Shown here one piece after another: positions 1 to 7,453 of a stretch of 33,831 nt of DNA. The position numbers were made by a program, and so were the translations under genes. Each line of letters opens with the position of its first letter. Positions within the stretch are counted from its first letter, which is position 1. Origin of the DNA: an uncultured Chloroflexota bacterium (lineage in GTDB: Bacteria > Chloroflexota > Limnocylindria > Limnocylindrales > CSP1-4); assembly GCA_903928275.1 (NCBI GenBank), contig CAIYQJ010000206.1, positions 1-33,831 of the forward strand. Direction: 5' to 3'. A model generated the notes under the pieces. It ran no database searches. It saw nothing but the letters and a program-made list of their open reading frames with translations, and was not told the DNA's origin.

Positions 1-553
1 AGACGAACGTGTTGCCACACATCAGCGCGAGCGGGTCGATCCACATCGGGACCATCACCGGGAAGGTGAACGGCGTGATCCCGGCTGCGACGCCGAGCGG
101 CTGGCGGAGCGTGCGGGCGTCGACGCGGGTCGACACGTTCGGCGTGTTCATGCCGGCGAGCTGGGACGGCAGGCCGCAGGCGAACTCGACCGTCTCAAGG
201 CCGCGCATGACCTCCGCGAGAGCATCCGGGAACGTCTTGCCGTGGTCGCGGGTGATCAGCCGGGCCATCTCCTCGCGGTGCCGGTAGACCAGCTCACGGT
301 AGGCGAAGAAGATCCCGCTGCGGGCGATGAGCGGGGTGTCGCGCCAGGCCGGGAAGGCGGCCTTCGCGGCTGCGACGGCACGCCCCACCTCCGCCGCACC
401 GCCCCGGGGAACACGGGCGATGACCGATCCGGTGGCGGGGTTGTAGACGGGACCGGTCTCCTCGGGCAGCACCTCGACGGCCGCGCCGTCGATCCAATGG
501 GAGAAGATCGGCGGGGTCGCCGACGCGGTCGCGCTCGTGATCTGCGTCGCCAT
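1..553 (-). CDS. mmsA: CoA-acylating methylmalonate/malonate-semialdehyde dehydrogenase (ALDH family), 5' part only; runs off the window edge
   Basis: Not in the ORF track because there is no stop in the window. My translation from ATG 553 (AGGAGG RBS upstream): MATQITSATASATPPIFSHWIDG...VYNPATG...AFPAWRDTP...HGKTFPDA..EVMRGLETVEFACG...RQPLGVAAGITPFTFPVMVPMW...CGNTFV, typical of MmsA/IolA. Confidence 0.85.
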   Translation of the reverse strand, partial: MATQITSATASATPPIFSHWIDGAAVEVLPEETGPVYNPATGSVIARVPRGGAAEVGRAVAAAKAAFPAWRDTPLIARSGIFFAYRELVYRHREEMARLITRDHGKTFPDALAEVMRGLETVEFACGLPSQLAGMNTPNVSTRVDARTLRQPLGVAAGITPFTFPVMVPMWIDPLALMCGNTFV

Positions 554-596
554 GGTGGTTCCTCCTGGGGCCGGATCGGTGATCGTCGGGTCGTGG

Positions 597-1691
597 TTAG
601 GCGGGTCGCACGTCGGGGTTCGGCAGGACGATGTCCCGGACGACGCCCTCCACGTCGTGGAACGCCTTGATGAAGCCGCGCAGCGTGCGTGCCGTGGCGC
701 CGAACGCATCGAACTCGGCGGGCATCATGCCGTCGGGCTCGTACGCGCGGCGGAAGTCGGGGATGGCCTGGAGCTCTGCGACGATCGCCGGAGCGACCGG
801 GATGGCCATGCGCGCGGTGGGCTCCAGCCCGCTCGCGTTGAACCGGAGCTGCCAGGCGTGGGGGATCGTCATGCTGACCTCGCCGCCCACGAGCTCGGTC
901 CAGTGGAGATGGTGCCGGAAGGCGGCGGCGAGCAACCGGCTCCGTAAGCCGCGCTCGCGGAAGATCCCGTAGGCGCGCTTGAACGTGGCGATGCCGGCCC
1001 AGTCCAGGGTGCCCGGCGTCACCGACAGCAGGTCGCGCTCGGCGACGACCTTCAGCCAGTCGTCGAGGCGACCGATCATGAGCGCGACGGTCGGGGCGAG
1101 ACGGCCGGCCTCGCCACCCGCCGCCGCGAGTCGGACGAGGCCGCGCTCGATCGCCTCGGCGGCCGCGACGGCCTGCGGGACGCTGAAGCAGACGGTGGCG
1201 TTGACGTTGACGCCGAGCGCCGTGGCTTCCTCCATCGCGAGGACGCCGGCCGCGGTGACCGGGAACTTCACCTGGATGTTCGGCGCCAGGCGGGACAGCC
1301 CCACCCCCTGCGCCACCATCCGCTCGGCGTTCGGGTAGTTCGCCGGGTCCACCTGGAGCGATTGCCAGCCCTTGCGCCCGCCGCTCGCCGCGTGGATGCC
1401 CGCGAGGAGCTCGGCGCCACGGACGCCCATCTCTCCGACCACGGCCCACGCGATATCGACCTCGGTCCAGGTGGGGTTCGCCGCGGCCAGCTCGCGGACG
1501 CGCGGCACCCAGTACGCCCGGTCGCTCGTGATGACCTCGAGCACGATCGGGGGGTTCGACGTGGCGCCCACGGCGCCCCGCTCGATCGCGTACGCGAGCT
1601 CCGACACCGAGCAGGAATCGTTCCAGCAGTCGGTCGGGCCCAGCAGGGCGGTCCGCGTCAGCGGGCTGTCGATCAGCGTGGTCGGAGTCAT
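597..1691 (-). CDS. Transaldolase-family (class I Schiff-base aldolase) protein, paralog 1, 364 aa
   Basis: Motifs WNDS, GATSNP, QVKFP (Schiff-base Lys), NVNATVCFS and GRLDDW. Start placed at ATG 1691 (MTPTTL) because it matches the length of paralog 2. Confidence 0.9.
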   Translation of the reverse strand: MTPTTLIDSPLTRTALLGPTDCWNDSCSVSELAYAIERGAVGATSNPPIVLEVITSDRAYWVPRVRELAAANPTWTEVDIAWAVVGEMGVRGAELLAGIHAASGGRKGWQSLQVDPANYPNAERMVAQGVGLSRLAPNIQVKFPVTAAGVLAMEEATALGVNVNATVCFSVPQAVAAAEAIERGLVRLAAAGGEAGRLAPTVALMIGRLDDWLKVVAERDLLSVTPGTLDWAGIATFKRAYGIFRERGLRSRLLAAAFRHHLHWTELVGGEVSMTIPHAWQLRFNASGLEPTARMAIPVAPAIVAELQAIPDFRRAYEPDGMMPAEFDAFGATARTLRGFIKAFHDVEGVVRDIVLPNPDVRPA

Positions 1692-1750
1692 CGGGGCGGA
1701 CCTCAGGTGGGAGGCGCGGCGACGCCCGCGCCGGCTGCCACGTCGGCGAC

Positions 1751-1803
1751 TATCTAGATAATCGATAATCGATGAAAGTGCCGAACGGCCCTTGTCCGGA
1801 CAA
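1751..1803. promoter_or_regulatory. Divergent promoter/operator region with palindromes (candidate GntR operators)
   Basis: AT-rich island in GC-rich DNA: perfect palindrome TATCTAGATA (1751-1760), tandem ATCGAT (1761-1766, 1768-1773), GATAAT -10-like hexamers, and perfect palindrome TTGTCCGGACAA (1792-1803). It lies between divergent genes. Confidence 0.6.
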
Positions 1804-1901
1804 CGCCGGGACTCGACCTTGACCCCGGCGCCTCGCGGGCGGGAGAGGGGCCGGCGTGTCGACCAGGTCGGTCGTGCGCACACGGGGGAATGAGGTGTTC
1901 C

Positions 1902-2513
1902 GTGGCGGAAACAAAGAACACGATCCCGCTGTGGCTGGCGGTGGCGATCACGGTCTGCGTCAGCCTGCCGTTCAGCATCTGGCTCGGCCGGTACGCCCTG
2001 CCGATCTGGGCCGCGTTCATCGTGTGGGCCGAGTACTTCGCCCTGGGCGCCAAGCCCTCGGCGCTCAAGATCATGGTCCCGGCCTACTTCCTCGGCGTCG
2101 TGGCGGCCACCGTCATCATGACCGCGTACATGCTCCTCGCGCAGGCCCTCGGCAAGGGCGCCATCGTGACGATGGGCGACTGGTCCTTCACGTACAACGA
2201 CGCCGCCCTGTTCATCACGTGCTTCGTCGGGTTCTGTTTCTTCATCTACGCGATGAAGTGGTTCCCCGTCACGCAGACCGGGACGCTCCCGTTCTTCAAC
2301 GGCATCTCGATGATGCTCGCCGTCTTCTTCACCGGAGCGTTCATCAAGGCCGCGCCCGAAGGCATCGACGCGAACCTGCTGCCGCTCGTCGCCGGCGTCG
2401 GCGCGATGCTGGCCGGGCTCCTCGGCGCGTTCCTGGGCTGGTTCAATGTCGTGATCCTCTTCCCGCGCCCGGTCAAGGGAGCCGCGGAGGTGCGCTCGAC
2501 GGCCGTCGCCTGA
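1902..2513 (+). CDS. DUF1097-like integral membrane protein (putative permease)
   Basis: GTG 1902 after a GAGGTG RBS; about 6 hydrophobic segments; the W-A-A-F-I-V-W-A-E-Y-F pattern resembles DUF1097/YcdZ. Confidence 0.7.
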   Translation: MAETKNTIPLWLAVAITVCVSLPFSIWLGRYALPIWAAFIVWAEYFALGAKPSALKIMVPAYFLGVVAATVIMTAYMLLAQALGKGAIVTMGDWSFTYNDAALFITCFVGFCFFIYAMKWFPVTQTGTLPFFNGISMMLAVFFTGAFIKAAPEGIDANLLPLVAGVGAMLAGLLGAFLGWFNVVILFPRPVKGAAEVRSTAVA

Positions 2514-2593
2514 ACGGCGGCCGGCCCGACGTCATCCGCCGGCGCGCGCGGCGGGACATATCGAGACCGGGGCCGACCCGGAGGAGTGACTAC

Positions 2594-4351
2594 GTGGCAC
2601 TTGCGTTGAACGAAGAGATCCTCGGCCAGTTCCTGGGAGACGAGTCGTTTCCCGTCGAGTGGTCGTCCGAGACCGAGAAGCAGCTCTTCTGGGTCTACGA
2701 CGACCTCCACTGCCCCAAGCCGCTGAGCCCGATGTACGAGGATATCGGCGGCTGGTGGCTCTCCTGCGACCACATGTTCCGGCGCTTCGGCACGCCGTTC
2801 GCGACGGACTGGATCTACAAGAACGTCAATGGCTACCTGTACACGGCCGCGATCCCGGCCATGGCCGGCCTGGAGGTCGTGACCCAGGAGTACGACCTCG
2901 CGACCCGGCCGATCGTCCCGCAGGACGACGCGTACGTCGGGAAGATCGGCGCGTACCTGGGCACCGTCCTGCCCGTCTACGGCCTCAGGTTCACGGACTG
3001 GTGGCGGACCCGCTTCGTCCCCGAGATGCAGCGGAACTTCGACTACATCGAGGGGATGCTGGACCAGCGGGACCAGCTCTCCCTGGCCGAGGTGGCCGTC
3101 CTCCTCGAGGACGCCATCGACATGCACGACCGCCACTGGAAGATCCACTGGATGCTGAACTTCGCGCAGCTCAGCGCGACGCTGAACCTCCGGGCGGTCA
3201 TGGAGAAGACCCACGGCAAGGTGGACGAGGTCCTCCTGGGCCGGCTCCAGAGCTCGGCGGACGACCGGAACTGGGACAAGATCCGCGCCCTGTGGGAGAT
3301 GAAGGAAGAGGTGAAGGCCGACCCGGTCCTCGCCGCCGCCTTCGCCGCCCCGGCCGCGACCGAGATCCTGCCGGCGCTCCAGGCCAGCGAGCGCGGCCGC
3401 CACTTCATCGACGAGCGGATCGTGCCCTACCAGATGGAGTTCGGCTGGCACGCCGTCTGGAGCCACGAGTTCATCTTCCCGAGCTTCCGGGAAGACATGA
3501 TCCCGGTCGTCCAGCTCGTCCGCGACCAGTACGCGTCGGACTACGACTACCCCGCGAAGATCGCGGCGCTGCGTGCGGACATCGACGCCGCCGCGGCCGA
3601 GATCCTCGAGGGACTCTCCGGCGAGGCGCTCGAGGAGATGCGCGCCGCCAACGAGATCAACCTCAAGATGGCACCGCTCACCCCGGACCACCACTTCTAC
3701 ATCGACCAGGGCGCCAACGCCCACGTCCGCCTCGTCCTGATCGCCGTCGGCGAGAAGCTCGTGGAGAGGGGTGTCCTCGACGCCCCGGACGACGTCATCC
3801 TGTTCCGGTACAACGAGCTCCGGGAGTTCATCGGCGACCCGAAGTCCGAGGCGAACCCGGCCGGCATGGACGGGCGCGCGATCGTCGCGGCCGCCCGGGC
3901 CAGGCGCGCGGCAGCGGAGCTGATCCATCCGCGCGACTGGGTCGGCTCCGTCACCGCGAGCCAGCTCGCATTCCCGTACCTCAACCTGTGGGGCTTCCCC
4001 GACAAGTTCACGCGCTCGCAGCTGAAGGTCCACGGCCAGGTCAGCGGCATCGCCGGGTCGCCGGGCGTCGTCGAGGGCGTGGCGCGCGTCGTCATGTCCG
4101 AGGCCGAGTTCGACAGCCTCATGGAAGGCGAGATCCTCGTCTGCCAGATGACCAACCCGGCCTGGCAGGTCCTCTACGGCAAGATCAGTGCGGTCGTGAC
4201 CGATGCGGGCGGGACCGTCTCCCATCCCGCCGTGCTCGCCCGCGAGTACGGCATCCCGGCGGTCGTCGGCACGTCCGTCGGCACGTCGACCATCAAGACC
4301 GGCGACCGCCTCCGCGTGGACGGCACCACCGGTCTCGTCGAGATCCTGTAG
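2594..4351 (+). CDS. PEP-utilizing-enzyme family protein: large substrate-binding domain plus C-terminal phospho-His swivel domain (rifampin phosphotransferase / phenylphosphate synthase alpha-like), no ATP-grasp domain, 585 aa
   Basis: GTG 2594 after a GGAGGAG RBS. C-terminus GIAGSPGVVEGVARVV...GEILVCQMTNPAW...VTDAGGTVSHPAVLAREYGIPAVVG...GDRLRVDGTTG is the mobile His domain (His544, codon 4223-4225). Confidence 0.85.
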   Translation: MALALNEEILGQFLGDESFPVEWSSETEKQLFWVYDDLHCPKPLSPMYEDIGGWWLSCDHMFRRFGTPFATDWIYKNVNGYLYTAAIPAMAGLEVVTQEYDLATRPIVPQDDAYVGKIGAYLGTVLPVYGLRFTDWWRTRFVPEMQRNFDYIEGMLDQRDQLSLAEVAVLLEDAIDMHDRHWKIHWMLNFAQLSATLNLRAVMEKTHGKVDEVLLGRLQSSADDRNWDKIRALWEMKEEVKADPVLAAAFAAPAATEILPALQASERGRHFIDERIVPYQMEFGWHAVWSHEFIFPSFREDMIPVVQLVRDQYASDYDYPAKIAALRADIDAAAAEILEGLSGEALEEMRAANEINLKMAPLTPDHHFYIDQGANAHVRLVLIAVGEKLVERGVLDAPDDVILFRYNELREFIGDPKSEANPAGMDGRAIVAAARARRAAAELIHPRDWVGSVTASQLAFPYLNLWGFPDKFTRSQLKVHGQVSGIAGSPGVVEGVARVVMSEAEFDSLMEGEILVCQMTNPAWQVLYGKISAVVTDAGGTVSHPAVLAREYGIPAVVGTSVGTSTIKTGDRLRVDGTTGLVEIL

Positions 4352-4356
4352 GCCAG

Positions 4357-4388
4357 GAGCCGGCGGCCGCTCCGGCGGCCGCCGGCTC
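4357..4388. other. Intercistronic perfect hairpin (14-bp stem, 4-nt loop); probable mRNA stabiliser or attenuator
   Basis: GAGCCGGCGGCCGC-TCCG-GCGGCCGCCGGCTC directly after the stop at 4351; no U-tract follows. Confidence 0.65.
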
Positions 4389-4415
4389 GCAGTCTTCGGA
4401 GACACCCGACACACC

Positions 4416-5201
4416 ATGACCTCGATCACGCGCAGCGTCCTCAGCGACCAGGTGAAGGATCACCTCCTCCAGGCGATCCTCTCCGGTCTCTTCCCGCCGG
4501 GGTCCCGGATCGTCGAGACGCGGATCGCCCGCGAGCTCGGCGTCAGCCAGGCCCCGGTCCGGGAGGCGCTGCGCGACCTCGAGGCGATCGGTGTCGTGGA
4601 GATCACCGCGTTCCAGGGAGCCCGCGTCCGCCAGCCGGCCACCGCCGAGCTGGCCGAGGCCTACGGGATCCGGGCGGAGCTCGAGTCGCTCGGAGCGCGG
4701 CAGGCCGTGCCCAACCTCACCGATGTCGATGTCGAGGAGCTCCAGTCCTACATCGATGACATGCAGCGGGCGGCCTCCGCGGGTGACTGGATGGCGCAGG
4801 CGCACGTGGATGCCGCCTTCCACGCTCGCCTCATCGAGATCGCCGCGAACGCGACTCTCGAGCGGGTCTGGCGGTACCTCGAACCCACGTCACGCACCTA
4901 CATCACGGTCATCACCCACCGGATCGATCCCGCGGAGTCGGCGACCCTGCACCAGCCGATCCTCGACGCGTTGAGCCGGCGGGATGCGGACGCGGCGACC
5001 GACGCCGTGCGCCGCCATTTCGCGATCGCCGGAGAGATGTTCGCCGGCCTCTTCGACGGCGGACCCCGGATCGGAGACGGCGCCCGTGTCGGGCCCGCCG
5101 ACGGCGAGGACGCCCATCCGCACGAGCATCCGCGCCCTGCGCGCGGGCGCCTCGAGCGACCCGCGGGCGGGACGCGCCGCCGCAGTCAGGAGCACGCATG
5201 A
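4416..5201 (+). CDS. GntR family (FadR/FCD subfamily) transcriptional regulator
   Basis: ATG 4416; wHTH LSDQVKDHLLQAILSG.FPPGSRIVE..IARELGVSQAPVREALRDLEAIG; FCD motifs DAAFHARL...N and H.PILDAL; stop overlaps the next ATG (ATGA). Confidence 0.93.
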   Translation: MTSITRSVLSDQVKDHLLQAILSGLFPPGSRIVETRIARELGVSQAPVREALRDLEAIGVVEITAFQGARVRQPATAELAEAYGIRAELESLGARQAVPNLTDVDVEELQSYIDDMQRAASAGDWMAQAHVDAAFHARLIEIAANATLERVWRYLEPTSRTYITVITHRIDPAESATLHQPILDALSRRDADAATDAVRRHFAIAGEMFAGLFDGGPRIGDGARVGPADGEDAHPHEHPRPARGRLERPAGGTRRRSQEHA

Positions 5202-6085
5202 ACGAGCAGCCGCAGCTGTCCGAGGAGTTCTCCGCTGGCGCGGCCCACCTCCGCGTGGACGTCCATGGGGGCGAGCCCCGCGACCACGTCCTCGACGACC
5301 TGAGCTTCCTCAACTACCGACTCGCCGACGTCCGCATCTCGCCCGAGGTCACGCTGGCGGACCCGGACATCATCTGGAACCGGGACGGCGAGAAGGCGGT
5401 CACCTACGACGGCCGCACGGTGACGTTCACCGGCCCCTGGCCGGCCGGGCCGATCCAGAAGGTCATCGTCGCCGTGCTCGCATTGCGGATGGAGGCCGTG
5501 GGCCTGCACCCGTCCCACAGCGCGGCCGTGAACTACCGCGGGAAGACGTTCCTGTTCCTCGGCGGCGAATCCAACCACGGCAAGAGCATGGGCCTCATCG
5601 AGGCCGGGGTCCGCGGCGCGCTCCAGGTCGCGTCGGAGACCACGATCATCTCGGACGACGGCAGGGCGGTCGCGGGCTCCGCGGACACCTTCCTCGTGAA
5701 GCGCACCGAGGGCACGGAGCGGTCCGACAAGGCGGCCCCGAACAAGGGCGTGGAGAAGTTCTGGGGCGAGATGCCGACCTGGGGCCGGTATGCCGGCACA
5801 CCGAACATCGACCTCGTGATCGTCCCGGCGATCGACGGCAACTTCGACCCGGCGACGAACGAGCTCATCCCGTTCGAGCGCCAGTTCCAGATGCTCCACT
5901 CGCTCCAGAACTACTTCCTCACCAACGAGCTCCTCGCCCCGGGCTTCGTCATGCCGATGGTGGACGACGACACGCTCCGCGCGAAGCGTGCGATCTTCGT
6001 GGACCGCTTCTGCGAGCGGCCGTTCTACTTCATCCGCGCTGCGACCCCCCAGGTCCTCCTGGACGAGGTCGACAGGATCCTGTAG
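5198..6085 (+). CDS. Hypothetical P-loop protein, HPr-kinase-like
   Basis: LHPSHSAAVNYRGKTFLFLGGESNHGKS gives an HPrK-like H..AV...G..lf.G plus Walker A (GxxxxGKS); AGGAG RBS; codon bias fits a real gene. Confidence 0.65.
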   Translation: MNEQPQLSEEFSAGAAHLRVDVHGGEPRDHVLDDLSFLNYRLADVRISPEVTLADPDIIWNRDGEKAVTYDGRTVTFTGPWPAGPIQKVIVAVLALRMEAVGLHPSHSAAVNYRGKTFLFLGGESNHGKSMGLIEAGVRGALQVASETTIISDDGRAVAGSADTFLVKRTEGTERSDKAAPNKGVEKFWGEMPTWGRYAGTPNIDLVIVPAIDGNFDPATNELIPFERQFQMLHSLQNYFLTNELLAPGFVMPMVDDDTLRAKRAIFVDRFCERPFYFIRAATPQVLLDEVDRIL

Positions 6086-6105
6086 AGACAGGAGGCGCCG
6101 GAGCC

Positions 6106-6972
6106 ATGCACACGTTCGCCTACGTCCGGCCGACGACGGTCGCCGAGGCCGTCGCCATCCTCGACGCCGGTGGTCGCGACGCGCGCGTCCTTGCCGGCGG
6201 CACGGACCTCGTGATCCGGCTGCGCGACGGCTCGGCGACGCCGACGACCGTCATCGACCTCAAGCGGATCGCCGACCTGCGGCCGGGCGTCCGCGAGGAG
6301 GGCGGCCGGCTCACGATCTCCGCCACGACGGTCATGACCGACGTGGCGGCCGATCCGCTCGTGCGACGCCACTTCCCGGCGCTCGCCGAGGCGGCGGCGG
6401 TCGTCGGCTCGGTCCAGATCCGGAACCGGGCCACGCTCGGCGGCAACGTCTGCAACGCGTCGCCGGCCGCCGACACCGCCACGCCGCTGCTCGTCTTCGA
6501 CGCCACGGTCGTCGCCGAAGGGCCGGGCGGGACGCGGCGCATCGCGATCGACGACTTCTTCGTGCGCTCGGGCGTGACAACCCTTCAACGAGGCGAGCTC
6601 GTCACGGCGATCGAGCTGCCGATCCCGGCCGTTGCGACCGGCTCCGCGCACGTGCGGCGAACGCGCCGACGCGGCCACGACCTCGCGTCGGTGACCCTGT
6701 CCGTCCGCGTGGACGCCTTGGGCGTGACCCGTTTCGCCTACGGCAGCGTGGGCCCGCGCCCCGTGCTCGCCGTGGACGACACCGGCGTGCTCGCGGACCC
6801 GGCCGTTCCGGCCGAGGCGAGGTCCGCGATCCTCGAACGGATGTTCGCGGACGCCAGCCCGTCCCCGCGCTCGATGCGGGCGAGCCCCGCGTACCGCCTG
6901 GCCATGCTCCGCGTCCTCGGCGCCCGGGCGCTCCGCAGCGCGATCGAGCAGCTGGCGGCAGGGAGCGACTGA
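6106..6972 (+). CDS. Xanthine dehydrogenase family FAD-binding (medium) subunit
   Basis: ATG 6106 after an AGGAGG RBS; FAYVRPTT, LAGGTDL, VGSVQIRNRATLGGNVCNASPAAD. Confidence 0.92.
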   Translation: MHTFAYVRPTTVAEAVAILDAGGRDARVLAGGTDLVIRLRDGSATPTTVIDLKRIADLRPGVREEGGRLTISATTVMTDVAADPLVRRHFPALAEAAAVVGSVQIRNRATLGGNVCNASPAADTATPLLVFDATVVAEGPGGTRRIAIDDFFVRSGVTTLQRGELVTAIELPIPAVATGSAHVRRTRRRGHDLASVTLSVRVDALGVTRFAYGSVGPRPVLAVDDTGVLADPAVPAEARSAILERMFADASPSPRSMRASPAYRLAMLRVLGARALRSAIEQLAAGSD

Positions 6973-6973
6973 C

Positions 6974-7453
6974 ATGGCCGAGACCCATCGCATCGAGGTC
7001 ACCGTCAACGGGCTTCCGCGGATGCTCGAGGTGCCCCCGCACCACACGCTCCTCGACGTCCTGCGCGACGACCTTCGGCTCACGGGCGCCAAGGAGTGCT
7101 GCCTCGTCGGCGAGTGCGGTGCCTGCACGGTGATCGTGGACGGGCGCACGGTGGACTCCTGCCTCGTCCTCGCGGTCGAGGCCGACGGTTGCGAGATCAC
7201 GACGGTCGAGGGGCTCGCCCAGGACGGGAGCCTGGACCCGCTCCAGCGCGCGTTCCTCGACGAGGGCGCCGCGCAGTGCGGGTTCTGCATCCCCGGCCAG
7301 CTGATGGCCGCCCATGCGCTGCTGGCCGGGAACCCGCACCCGACCGTGGCGGAGATCCAGGAGGGCCTCGCGGGCAACCTGTGTCGCTGCGGGAGCTACC
7401 TCCAGATCACCGACGCGGTCCTCGCGACCGCCGCCGAGGGGACCCGGCGATGA
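6974..7453 (+). CDS. Xanthine dehydrogenase family 2x[2Fe-2S] (small) subunit
   Basis: C..GECGACTV...DSC, QCGFC.PG, GNLCRC. Confidence 0.95.
   Translation: MAETHRIEVTVNGLPRMLEVPPHHTLLDVLRDDLRLTGAKECCLVGECGACTVIVDGRTVDSCLVLAVEADGCEITTVEGLAQDGSLDPLQRAFLDEGAAQCGFCIPGQLMAAHALLAGNPHPTVAEIQEGLAGNLCRCGSYLQITDAVLATAAEGTRR

Noticed and set aside
1-553. Complete myo-inositol (iol) pathway suggested by the IolA-like ALDH and Gfo/Idh/MocA genes
   Set aside because: No iolB, iolC or iolD is visible, and the genes lie in different transcription units 30 kb apart.
1856-2593. Apparent N-terminal extensions or fusions in the ORF track (831-aa PEP-utilizer, 662-aa FAD subunit, 617-aa TIM barrel, 1049-aa OYE, 629-aa GNAT, 748-aa oxidoreductase)
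   Set aside because: The extensions overlap real upstream genes in another frame. Clear RBS plus start codons, or stop/start overlaps, exist at the shorter positions I report.
2594-4351. Rifampin resistance gene (rph) or PEP synthase (ppsA)
   Set aside because: It lacks the ATP-grasp domain and the C-terminal PEP/pyruvate barrel, and the context is catabolic.
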